Assembly: GCA_001244265.2 (NCBI GenBank)
Contig: CDLV01000010.1
Span: forward strand, 1,488,001 to 1,552,000
From: Microbotryum violaceum
Taxonomy: Eukaryota
Direction: 5' to 3'
Length of the DNA stretch: 64,000 nt
This document shows positions 10,310 through 24,526 of this stretch, in pieces (the stretch's first letter is position 1; each line of letters opens with the position of its first letter). The notes under the pieces are model-generated. The model did no database searches and was not told the DNA's origin. It saw nothing but the letters and a program-made list of their open reading frames with translations. A program made the translations under genes and the position numbers.

Positions 10310-11667
10310 TTTACACGAGGGATGGACTGGATCCGAAATTCTGCTCCGAAGGTGATTGGGTCGACGGGGGTCCGGGAGCTGCAGTGGCAGACCTCACGTG
10401 TGTGCTTCAAATCGATTCACCGATACGCACGTTCATGCCAAGTCTCCTCACAGGTTCATTCACTTCATCAAACGGCCGTTTGCTCCGCTACAGACTCTTA
10501 CATGCAACACTTGATGACGGAGTGTCGGGGTCCTCCGGCCCTTGCTCCTACTAACTCCTGCTTCAGCTCGGCTCCGCACGTGGGAGGGCCGAAGGAAAGG
10601 GGCAGGTATATGGACATGCCTGAATACGTATGCACACGTATACAAGGGCGACAGGGGCGAATACGATGTACTCGTCTATCAGCGACGGCGACTCCGGTGA
10701 TGATCGACCTGGGCCGGTTTCCGTACCGAGTGGGGGTGGGGGGACGGCAACTTAAAAGAGTCGAACAGAGTGAAGTATCGGTGTGTAGGGCATTGCTTGA
10801 AGCAACTTGAAGGAGAAGGTGAGAGGTGGGTTATGACGTTTGAAAATGTAGTAGAATGAAATGTTGGGCTTTGTTCGATTGATCCCTTAGGCGAACCGAG
10901 TAGTCCAGCCACGGCCCGGCGGTTATTGCGAAATTCGGAGAAAGCGACTGATGCTCGTCCAATCGATCGGCAAGGCGGGAAGGACAAAGACTTGAACTTG
11001 CCAAGGCACGCCCAGACTCGATGGAGTCCAGTAATTGGATAAGACCAATCAGCTTCACTTCGTTTGTCTGATTCTTCGCTGGTTTGGGCCCGATTTGGGT
11101 AAGAAAGTGAACATTGATAAATAGGCAAAGAAAGTCCCGGCTCCGAAAAAAGCTTCACGGCGGCCGAGCGGGCAAGGAGAACTGTTTACGTCAAGTCCGG
11201 AAAGATGGCGAGGATGAAGGTCGTGATGTATTCAGACCTTAATTTTTCTAGTTCGAGAACACCTAGGCTGTTATTATTCAAATAAAGACAAAGATGGTCG
11301 TCGAATCCTCAGCCCGGGCCGTGATCATGGCGCTCTCTGCTATTCCAACAAGAGTCACCTCACAGGATATAGATCTCGGCGAGGCCTGATGTCTAAGGCT
11401 GGGTTTGGGGACTCTGAAAAAATCCAAACAAAAAGGATGGAAAAGGAAGTGGCTTGTGTGGATGGAGGTGGGGATGATCGGGAGGGAGTGGGGCTGCTGT
11501 GTGCGGGCTCGCAGTATTTGCTGTCTTCGTTTTCACGTGCACATGCAGGCTTTGTTGCACGGCGTCTTCGACTGGTGTCTGTTCTGGGTTTTCTCATTGT
11601 TTGGGTAAAATAGACTCCGGTGATCACCTTAGGGGGATAGAGTCCGGACTAGTCCGGTGATCACCTA
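10310..11667 (+). mobile_element. Decayed hAT-superfamily transposase fragment with a possible terminus near 11667
   Basis: Same-frame motifs RCVGHCL (CxxH, 10779-10799) and LNLPRHAQTRWS (TRW at 11016); upstream SISDGDS could be the second catalytic Asp; stops and frameshifts throughout; palindromic repeats ending in CCTA at 11667. Confidence 0.5.
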
Positions 11668-12184
11668 GAATGCCGACAAGTCAGAGGGCCCCTGGCTGTC
11701 GCTCGACTCTGGTCGAAAGCGTCGAGGCTCGGAGTTATCCTCAGGATTATCAGTTGGGCAGTCAGCTTGCCGAGCGGCCCACTCTCGCGTTTGTAGTATC
11801 TCATAGTCAGTAGAGTGTTTGAGCTGGGCGGAATTTGATTCCCGACATGGCTCCGCGAAGACCACGGCGGCGGGGCAGGCCCGGGCAGCGAAGCAAAGGG
11901 AGGCAAAAACCGGGTCGGAGGCGGGCGAGAAATCTCGAAGATCATCGATCATCAGCGAGAGAGCAGTCGGTTGACTGCGAACGAGAATAATTGGTGCAGA
12001 AGCAAAGAGACTCGAGCACTTCCTCGTGCTAAATCCTCCTCGTCCCTCAGCCTCTTCGGCCCACTCACTGCCCGCTTCGGCGCGTCCGGCAACCGGCTCA
12101 GTGCCGACGCCGACTCCACCGCCGATCACGCTCTGGGCCTTCACCTCCACTCCTCTCCTGTGTCCCCTCCTCACACTCCCAATC

Positions 12185-13927
12185 ATGACGTCCTCTTCAG
12201 ACCCACCACCCGCCTCGACCTCGTTCTGGAAGCGTTCCACCGACCCAACCCCGCGCCTCCAAGCGATCGAACGCCGACTAGGATCTGAACCTGCACCTCG
12301 ACTTCGCATCTCCCGCGTCGCACAATTGGATGCCGATCTCTTGGATCATGAGTTGGAGTCGATTCTTGCTGCGCCGATGGGGAAAGCTTTGCAAGGTTTG
12401 AGGGTCGGTCTTGCGCTCTCGTACGAAGGGAGATGTGTGTGTGTGTGTGCGCAGTGGAGCTGATGAACGACGTTGTGGATTGCCCTTTCCTCTAGCTGCC
12501 TGGAGGAGCGAGTTGGGAACCCGAATTGATGGCCCTGTTGAGGATCGCGGTACTCAAAATGTCCATCTACGATCGAGGGATAACTTATGGATCAGGACTA
12601 CAGAATCTAAAGTATAGGAATGAGAGAGGTCGAGCAACGAATCGTCAGTTTCCGACGAGTGCTCTTCACGTGTTTGAGGCTCTGGATGGAGGAGCTCACC
12701 CTAGCGTTTGGTGCTTGTGCAGAATCGTCTGCGGCGATCGACGTCGATCTAACCCGTTTCCAGAAATTGAGCTACATGGCCCTCCTCGTCCTCCCCTCGT
12801 ACCTCCACTCTTGCCTCCGAGATCGAATGCTCCTCTCCTCCTGGCCCGACGAACCCCTCCCTTCCTCCTGGTTCTCCTTCTTCAACCCGATACGACTCCT
12901 CAATGTCCTCGTCCGACCTTCCAAAGATTCGTCCCTTCGATGGCGAATGGAGTTCAAGCGAGTCTGTTGGGAACTCCTGAACCTCGTAGAGCGATGCACA
13001 GCCGTGGCGACCCTAGCCAACTTTCTCATCTTCCTCTACGACGGACGTTACCGAACGCTCGTCGATCGGATCCTAGGCATGCGATTGATTTACGCCCAAC
13101 GTTCGATCAAACCCAACGTTAGCTTCGAGTTTTTGAACCGACAACTCGTTTGGGAAGCTTTCACGGAATTCCTTTTATTCCTCATGCCGTTGATCAGTGT
13201 ACGGCGATTACGAACGAGACTTGTTCGAACGCTTTCGAATTGGACTTTGAGGTCCAAACTTCTTTCGATGCTCATTTCCAACCTCCCTCAAACGATCTTG
13301 AGAACCCTCAAGATCGATACCCAACTCAATCCCAACTCTCACCACCAACTCTCCAAAAACGGAACGAGAACGAAGGGAAAACCTACCCGACCGCAAGGAC
13401 CTTACGCTTTCCTCCCTTCGACGACCTGTCCGATCTGTTATTCAAACCAAAATGCGCCTCCTACACGATTACCTACGAATCCAACCCATTTGGAACCCGG
13501 TCGATCAGGTGGTCCTTCCTCCACACTCGGTTCCTATTCTAATTTAGGCGCTTCTACGAACCCCTCGGGTTCATCAGCTTCGTTGATCAATGCGGACGTA
13601 GGTGTGAAGGTTCCTTATGTAGCGAATTGCGGTTGGGGATGTCGGTATTGTTATTATTGCGTGGTGGATAAATTGGTAGGGGCGCAGGAGGAGGGGGAGG
13701 AAGGTTGGGGATGTTGGAGGTGTGGTGGGGTCGTGACGGAGGTTTGGAGGGAGATCGGCGGGCCCAAAGCGGTGGTGGAAGGGGAGGCGGAGGGGAAAGG
13801 AGTGGAGGGGGATGAAAGTGAAAAGAAGTTGGTTGTTGGGGATGGGGAAAGTGTTTTGGACGAGAAGGATTCGATCGAGACGCAGTCCGTGGGATCGGAA
13901 CATAATCGATGGAGGGATGAGGCATAG
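12185..13927 (+). CDS. PEX2: Peroxisomal RING peroxin Pex2
   Basis: RISRVAQLDADLLDHEL, TYGSGLQNLKY, NFLIFLYDGRYRTLVDRILGMRL, VSFEFLNRQLVWEAFTEFLLF, and a C-terminal RING (CPIC..C..CRYCYYC..CWRC). Confidence 0.95.
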
Positions 13928-14028
13928 AAGACAACAACGATGATGTCGGAGGGTACTTATTTGGCATTTTTGCAACATTTATACTTGTACCGTAACCCAG
14001 GAACTTTCCTTCTATATGGCAATACGCT

Positions 14029-15435
14029 CTATAACTTTAGAACTTGGTTGGAGGTATACCCTAACTTGCCCAAGACGCCTCCAATTGGCCCCGGGGAAAG
14101 ATCCCGAGCTCGAGGTCCTGCGAGCTCAGTTATCATACTATAACATCATGAGGGGGAAGGTCGCGGAAAGGAGTCAGTACGAAGAGCCTCTTCATTCCGC
14201 TGCGTGAAGAAAAGAGTGAAAAGCTCACCTCTCAGGCCCGCAAACGACAACCAAGCAGTCATCTCTTCCATCCTTCGCTCGTCCCAATTCTTGTTCCAAG
14301 ACCTCTTCCGTGATCCTCGAAGGATTGGTCATTCTGAAAAACATCTTGAGATCCACGGGGAACTTTGCGTTCTTCTGGAGCTGTTCGAAGGAAGAGGCCA
14401 ACACGGGTTCTTGAGCGGCGTAGAGGATTGAGATCGAGGGTGGTGGGTCGGCGGTGGGGTGGTGAAGGAATGAAGTGATGATTTGGTGGGCTGGGGTTAT
14501 ACCTGTTCCACCGGCAATCTACCAAATCCAATTTAACGATACGGCTCGTTTAGGATCAGTAAAGAGTTCAGGCCAGCTGCCTGAAAGGGTAAGCCCGAGA
14601 ACACTGACAAAAACGATCTTGTCCACCTTGGGCAACTCGGTCGTCAACACCGGCCCTCGGATCTGTACTTGATCACCCGGTCCGAGTCGGTGGAGATAGC
14701 GGGAGACCTCACCGTCGTCGTAGCGTTTGATGAGGAGTTGGATAGTTGTGGATGGGGAACTTTCGGATGGGGAACGGTTAAGGAAACAGGTGTTTAGGGG
14801 CTATATATGAAACAGAAGGAGAGTCGTTAGTGGTGAGGTAAAAAGTGGGCAGAATCGAAAAAAATAAATAAAAATAGTTTGCTGACTGTGTAAGGTCGTT
14901 GAATCTGTAGCTCCGGTTGCTTGACAAAGATGCTATGTATCCGCCACGGATCCTCGTCTCGGCGATATTTCTGCGCCGAGATATATTGTCTCGGCGAAAG
15001 CGAATCAGGCAGATCCAATTCGATAAGGGTGTTGTTGTGGTTCAACCGAGTGACCTTGTTGATCTTTAAAGGGATGAAATAGTCCGGGGATAAAGGTCGT
15101 TTGGAGTCGTCGGTTGGGGAGAATTGTTGGTATGCGAAAGCGCCGAGAAGAGAGGGGACAGCGATGTAGGCCAAGAGGATCGATCGAGACGTGCGAGTCG
15201 GTGGCAGAGAGCTTTGTTTGGAGTTTGACGATGTAGATGTATTTGTCGTTGAAAGGGAGTAGTGCCGCACGGATGATGCGTTGCTACCAAGTGGGGCGAC
15301 AGAACTTGGGAGGCGATGATCCAGACGAGCTAGTGGCCGGGATCCGAGTGCGGAGCACGTGCACGGTGGCAGAGCGCTCGCTTTTGTCTTGGTAATGTTT
15401 TTGAGTACGTTGATCACTCCTCTCGAGTTTGGCAT
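14029..15435 (-). CDS. Mitochondrial FAD/NAD oxidoreductase of the cytochrome b5 reductase family (Cyc2-like)
   Basis: Presequence plus a TM helix; VKQPELQIQRPYTP (RxYTP), IKRYDDGEVSRYLH, IAGGTGITP, VVCGPE; ends GGVLGKLGYTSNQVLKL* at 14029. Confidence 0.85.
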
Positions 15436-15676
15436 GATTCGATCTTGCTCGTAAGCCGATGTGAGCGAGCCGAGCGAGCCGAGCGCACAGGAAAGAGAGA
15501 GAGCGAAAGAGTGACCATCGACGATGCTAATGCAGTTTTTCTAATGGCTAAGTGCCATCTTGCGCGGTCGCTCACCTCGGCGCTACGACCCTGTCTCCGT
15601 CTGCTCCGCACTGACATCCCCCACCCCACGTTCACTCCCCCCCTCAAGCCGCACCCACTTTGTCTCGTCGTCGACC

Positions 15677-18454
15677 ATGCTCTCCCGAGTTTCGAGGCGC
15701 TCGTTGCCGCGGTTCACGCCCCCTACGCGTTCGTTGCACTCGACTAGCGCAGCGAGGGCCGAGATCCAGCTCGAGGTCGATGGCGTTCCCGTCTCGATCG
15801 AGCAAGGCTCGTCGCTTATTCAGGCGTGTGAGAAAGCGGGTAGGTTGACCAGATTCTGATTCTGATTATGGGGATGAGCTGTGGTCTCGTGGTGGAGGAT
15901 GGCGTGGAGGGTGGGTGGCAATGCGCTGTCGATGGCTGCCGGGTGCTGGTGCTGCTAGCGCGGGTGTGTGGGTCGCTCGCTTGCTTCACGCGAGCGCTCA
16001 TTGGCTCAGACGGACAGCGGCCGACCATCGATACCACCCCACTCGGATACTCGCACCCACACGCTCCTCGACTAGGCCAAACCATAAGGATTCATCACTC
16101 TATTCTTAACCGCGGCGCAGCCATATCTCGGCACATTCGGTCCATACTCCGTCAACGGGCTCGGCTGAACATCGTGGCGGATACCGTTGAACTGACACCG
16201 CACTTGCCTCAATTACTCCTCAGGTGCCACCGTACCTCGTTTCTGCTACCATGACCGCTTGAACATCGCCGGGAATTGCCGGTATGTGTAGCAACCGACA
16301 TCGCCCTACTCCGTTGACGCGCGCTCCGCACGATCGGACTGACGCTCTCTGCTACGGTACCATCCCTCAGAATGTGCTTGGTCGAAGTCACACCCGGTCC
16401 CCCGAAACCCCAGGCATCGTGTGCTATGCCCGCCATGTAAGCCCCCCCTGCGCATTTACCGCACAGACAGGGCTTTCCGGCTCACTCACGCTTCGATTCA
16501 CAGGCCCGGACAAAAGGTCAAGACCTCGACACCGACCGTGCACAAGGCGCGTGAAGGTGTGATGGAATTCCTCTTGGCCAACCACCCCTTGGACTGCCCC
16601 GTCTGTGACCAGGGGGGAGAGTGCGACCTGCAGGACCAGTCGATGCGTTACGGCTCGGACCGTTCCCGCTTCCACGAGATCACCGGCAAGCGAGCGACCG
16701 AGGACAAGAACTTTGGCCCGCTCATCAAGACCGTCATGACCCGTTGCATCCACTGCACCCGATGCGTTCGATTCGCCAACGAGGTCGCCGGCGTGCAGGA
16801 CCTCGGCACTTCGGGACGAGGCAACGACATGCAGATCGGCACCTACATTGAAAAGACGATCAACTCTGAGATGTCGGGCAACATTATCGACCTGTGCCCC
16901 GTCGGTGCGTTGACGTCGAAGCCGCAGGCCTTCGAGTACCGCCCCTGGGAGCTCAAGCACACCGAATCGATCGACGTGCTCGATGCGGTTGGGTCCAACA
17001 TTCGTGTCGACTCGCGCGGCCTGCTTGTCATGCGCATCCAACCCCGCCTCAACGACCACATCAACGAGGAGTGGATCTCGGACAAGACCCGCTTCGCCGT
17101 CGATGGACTCAAGGCCCAGCGCTTGACGACCCCTTTGGTGCGAGAGGGTGACCGCTTCGTGCCCGCGACGTGGCCCGAAGCGTTTAAAGCTATCAAGGCC
17201 GGTTTGGCCAAGACGGGTGCGAACGGGAACGAGATCCAGGCGATCGCCGGTCATCTAGCCGATTCCGAGTCCCTCGTCGCCTTGAAGGACTTGACGAACG
17301 CTCTCGGCTCGGATAACACGACGCTCGACAGTCCCCTCGGCGAATACGCGCCTGCGCACGGTGTTGACTTCCGAAGCAACTACTCGTTCAACTCGACGAT
17401 CGCCGGTGCGGAGGAGGCCGACCGCATTGTGCTCATTGGTACGAACCCACGCCACGAGGCCGCGATTCTCAACGCTCGATTGCGCAAGATTTATCTCCAC
17501 AATGGCGTCGACGTCGCTGTGGTCGGCCAGCAGTTCGATTCGACCTTCGGCTACGACCACCTCGGTGATGACCTCAACGCCGTCAAAAGCCTTTTCAGCG
17601 CCGACTCGAAGTGGGCCAAGCAGCTCAAGAGCGCCAAGAAGCCCATGATCATTGTTGGATCGGCGGTGGCTGAACACGAAAGCGGTGCTGCCGTCTTGGC
17701 TGAGGTCGCCAAGTTTGTCGAGGCCAACAAGGCCAAGTTTGTGACTGAGGAATGGGTTGGGTACAATGTCTTGCAACGGGTAAGTTGGTGCGCTAGGTGA
17801 TATCTTCCGGAGTCCATTTGGCTGACCTACTCTGTTACGCACTTTATTCGACAGGCCGCATCCCGAACAGCAGCTTACGACGTCGGCTTCGTTCCTTCGG
17901 CCGACGCGTCCAAGACGACGGCCAAGTTCGTCTACCTGTTGAACGCGGACGATTTCTCTCCCAAACAGATCCCGCGCGAGGCCTTTGTCGTCTACCAGGG
18001 CCACCACGGTGACCTTGGAGCGCAATACGCCGACGTGTGCCTGCCCGGATCGGCCTACACTGAAAAGTCGACGACCTGGGTCAACACCGAGGGTCGAACA
18101 CAGTTGGGTCGAGCGGCGGTGCCGCCCCCGGGCCAAGCTCGGGAGGACTGGAAGATCGTGCGCGCCTTGTCCGAGGTCTTGGGCAAACGATTACCGTATG
18201 ATGATACCTCTGCTCTGCGTGATCGAATGTGGGACGTCTCGCCGACGTTGGTGCGATACGACGTCGTCGAAAGACCTTCGTCCGTCTTGGCCGGTCTGAA
18301 GGCGTTGCAAGTCGAGGCTGCGAACGTCGGCAAGGTGAAGAGGAAGGGTGGGAGGACGGGCAAGTTCGTGAAACCGATCGACAACTTTTACCGCACAGAT
18401 CCCGTGTCGAGGTCGTCGGTCACGATGGGGAAGTGTACCGAGGCGTTCGCTTGA
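15677..18454 (+). CDS. NDUFS1: NADH:ubiquinone oxidoreductase 75-kDa Fe-S subunit (NuoG homolog)
   Basis: [72 protein letters not shown]. Confidence 0.97.
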
Positions 18455-18797
18455 AGACTGCCCGGGGGGGTTGAGATTAGATGCAGCGTGAAGGGGTCGT
18501 AGACGCAGGGTAGAGGTTTTGGGTATCGGGATTATACTTTCTCTCTCCTTCCTTTTTCTTCTTCCATTTTCAGCAAGTGTGTTCATGTAATTGAGAAGAG
18601 AAACAACCTACAAATGCAGGGTAGCAGGTCGGATCGTATACGCATGATCGGAGCCTACCGGCCGTCGGATGTAGCCGCGCAATCGGCTCGCATAGCCGGC
18701 AGCTTGCTCTCGGCCTTGGCTTGGGAAGTCTGCTGCCATGCCCCACTCTTTCCATCCCTCCGACCACACACACGCGCCCATACAAGCATCCACAGTG

Positions 18798-20768
<1,971 letters not shown>

Positions 20769-21160
20769 GGGGGAAGGCAAAGAATGGATCGGCATTCGAT
20801 TGTTAAATCAAAATATGATGCATCCTCTGTCTTACACGGCCCAAGGCTCCTATCGTTCGTTCTAGAGGTAGAAAACGAAAGGTCGAGTGGTTGTGACCAA
20901 AGGAGTAAAGCAAGTCCTTGCAAGCATTCGGAGCTCAGCAGGCGGAATTGAGCGCAATTCTGTGCAGCTGCAGAAGATGACGTCGGTGTGAAGACGAACA
21001 CAAACATATTGTTTCTGGTTGCAAAAGACTATTTACGGTATACATGAGTCTGCAACGAAGATAAGTCCGACCCTCGTCATTGGAATCAACTAATACCCAC
21101 CATTAAACTCCAGATCCAACCTCAGCCCCCTTCCTTTCCCCTCCCCCCCCCCACCTTCGT

Positions 21161-24100
21161 TCAATCAGAACTCTCAAGAGGCATCACGGACCAAACCGTA
21201 CCCGTAATCGCAAGACACGCTGAAACGATCAACAATGACCAACACAAAACCCTTTCGAAACCTTTCACGACCAACGGGTACTTTGACGCTTCGTCACCGC
21301 CTAATCTCGATTTGGAGACGGAGGAAGAGAAAACGTTCTCCTCCATGGCTGAAGGGGTGATGGTATTGGGTGTTGTAGAACCTTTGTTGAATGGAGTTTG
21401 ACGTCCCAAGATGAGGTAGGCTCCGATGGGCCCGATACAACAGATGATGAACGCCGATGCTGAACCGAGGAACGATAGAACTCGTCCGAAATCGGGGATT
21501 ACGATCGCCAAGACGACGATCAAAGCCGTCAAAAGGGGACGAGTGATGAATGCCCGATAACGAAGGAGGAAAGGTTCCTGGTTTTTCGTTCGTGAAGAAC
21601 TTTCATTGCCTTCGAGACCGGAGATGGAAGAGGAGGAATCTTCAGACATGATGGCGGAACCTTCGAGGATCGCGGAGGCGCCTGAATCGTGGGGTGAGCG
21701 AAACCGAGGTCGGGAGCGACGTTCGTTCATCGGGCGGGTCTTTTGGATTCCGAGCATTACTTCGAAGGTTTGAACGAGGGGCGCGTTGGTGACGGCGTAC
21801 TTGACGACGGGGTTGAGCTGCAGGAGAGGATGGATCTCAGGGTTGAGAATTCTGTGCACAAATCAGGAGTTCCCAGTAAAAGTTGCTCACAGCGACCATC
21901 CAAACGGCGATCTTGTTCAACACAGCAGGGTTGCCTTTCGTGGCCAACAAATCACGCGTCACTTCTGAAGAGACATTGTTGCCGAACCTGTGCGCCGAAG
22001 TTTCAATTCAGCGACTATCTTCACATCGAAAGCATGAACAGCTGGAAAGCAGCCTCAGCGACTGACATGATGTAGCCAAGGGTACCAAAGAGCATGCTAA
22101 TGGAGAAGGCAATGATATAGGCGATGTCGATCACGGAGTTGAACTGGCTCGGATCTGTTGTGAAAGGTTGATGAGCACCATCTCACTGGGGAGAAGATCG
22201 TAGCGACTCGAGCACTCACTCTTCATGTCCCGATACAGGGATGGGATGACCGCATGACCCGCGAACTGCGAGATTAATCGATGCTTGTATCAATAATTAT
22301 ACCCTTGCTTAGGGATTGGATGAGTCTGACGACATACCCCACTCATCAAGAGGCCAAAAGAAAGCGGTAAACGCATCCACCGCGGCCCCGCGGCGGTCGG
22401 CATCGGATCGCGCAACGAACCAGGCTGGTGCTTCTTGAGCGCGCCATCGGTCACGAGCACCAAGAGCAGAGTGAAGGAAGAGATGATGCCGAGGAGTGAG
22501 GTGAGGGAGAGGAAGCGTAAAGGGAGGAATGTCGTGGGAAGAATACTGTAGGCGCGAGACCCCTACGATTAGCATTGAGCTATTGTGTGTGTGAGATAGG
22601 GGACACCGACCTACATGAAGAAGAATATGACTTTGTAGGCCTGCGAGGATACTGCGGGGTATAGGGATTCCATGCTATCCGCGAAGAGTGTGCACAGAGC
22701 GATGCTCAAAGCGCCGAGCTCGAGGATGACTGCGTAGCATTCCTACCGGGAAGGTCAGCTTGCCAAACACAAGCGATCATCGGATCGACCAAAAAACAAC
22801 GTACACAGGGCATATACCATGTTCTTGGCACGAGTGCCATAGGCTTTGATGAGCACATCGGCATAGGTCGCCAGCGAAGAATCTTGACGCATGATTTTGG
22901 CCAGCATCTTGCCCGTGTCTGAGGGCAACATGGCGATGGCAGCATCAATTAAGAAGGTGAATCTTTATGCTGCATTCGTGATGTTTTACTCACAGTTGGT
23001 GATGAGGGCACAGAACAGGAGCAGTATTGTGCCAATCGCCCACCCGGCGTCGGCAAACGCGAGTGGTTCGGCCAGCAGTCCGACTCCGATCAACACATTG
23101 ACGCTGTTAGAGTTCGCGGAAGAGATGCGATCAGAGAAGATTTCCATTTAACGTTGTTCCCTTTGCTCAAACTGGGGACTGACGTGTTGAAGAGGGTCTG
23201 CCCCCAGGTCGACTCGCCGCGCTGTTCCTCGATCGCCGCACTCCACGCCTCGGACGAAATGAGGGACAACCTCCTCGCCGCGGCATTGTTCTTGCCCGAA
23301 GTCTGTCGTTGCTGCTGCAGTTGTGGCTTTCCAACAGGTTCCGTGTAGATTGGAGCCAGTAGCGGCGAAAGCCGATCACCGCGAGTCGGGCTCGGTTGAT
23401 TCGCCGGCGAAAAGGTGGCCGAGGTCGACGAGTTTTGGAGAGTCGGCGCGATAAGCGGCGATCGTTCGTCGACAACTCGGTCCCGATCGGCCGCGACCGA
23501 GCTCATACCCGAGTCGAGACCCAACCTCGATGATCCCAAGCTCGAAGGTGGAACATAGGGGAGACGGTCGTTGGGTACAGGGGACCCTTCGTTTGAGCTG
23601 AGCCTCGCGGTGGTGCTCTTGGTTCTCCGCTTGCCACTCGGTGAGACGACGGCGTTCGAAGGCAGCTGTTCCTTCCTCGACGGGGGTCGATCGCCGTCCC
23701 AAGACTGCACGAGGTCCCGATCAATCTCGTCATCGACGGACCAGTCATCATCACTCGTCGCAATGGACTCGTCGCGGTCCTCGGAATGGTCGCGTTCCCT
23801 ATCACTAGGACCACCCGTAACGGACGAATCGGCATCGTCAACGCTTTGCCTCGCATGCGTCGGACGGCGATAACGTTGCGAGTCGACGAAACTGGGACCT
23901 GAGGGTAAATTCTCGCCAAAGAAGGCCGCCGATCGACTGAAGCTGAAGACGAGGTCCAGACTGCTCGCCCAGGCGGTCCCTCCTCCGGCGGGTTGATTCC
24001 CACCGCCCTGACCGCCGCCCGCTGAGGGTCCTGCGGCCGGGCGGGCGATCGGGATCCGTCGCGAAGTCGTGGTCGGAGGACTGAATGGGGTGATTGAGCT

Positions 24101-24417
24101 CGAGAGTGGTTGCAGATGGCAATTACGCAGGTGGTATTGGTTGTCTTCTGGGCCAAGCGGGGTCTTGGTCGAAGGCTGCAAAGAGGACAAGCGCGGGTCA
24201 GGAGGGGCTAAGGATGATCGAGCATTCGGGCCAGCGGGCACAGAACTGGCACAGGCTGGCACGGATACTGCACAGATAAGCACGTCGACCGCAACAATAC
24301 CGCAGCCGATCGCCGCGCCCACCCGCGCCCACCCGCGCCGCGCGATTTCACGATTACGGCCAGCCCGAGCCGACCAGCCTGTTTGCCTACAGGGTAATTC
24401 CTCAAAGACTCGACCAT
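21161..24417 (-). CDS. Vacuolar amino-acid transporter (Aa_trans family, AVT1-like); start uncertain
   Basis: [74 protein letters not shown]. No in-frame ATG in the long first exon; tentative ATG at 24417. Confidence 0.85.
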
Positions 24418-24526
24418 CGAAATTCCAAACAGGCGCTCAAACATTGGGCACCACAGTCGACTGCGCGACGGAAGCTTGCTTTCGACTGCATCAACCCCCT
24501 TTGGCCTCGTGTGCTTGACGCAAACC

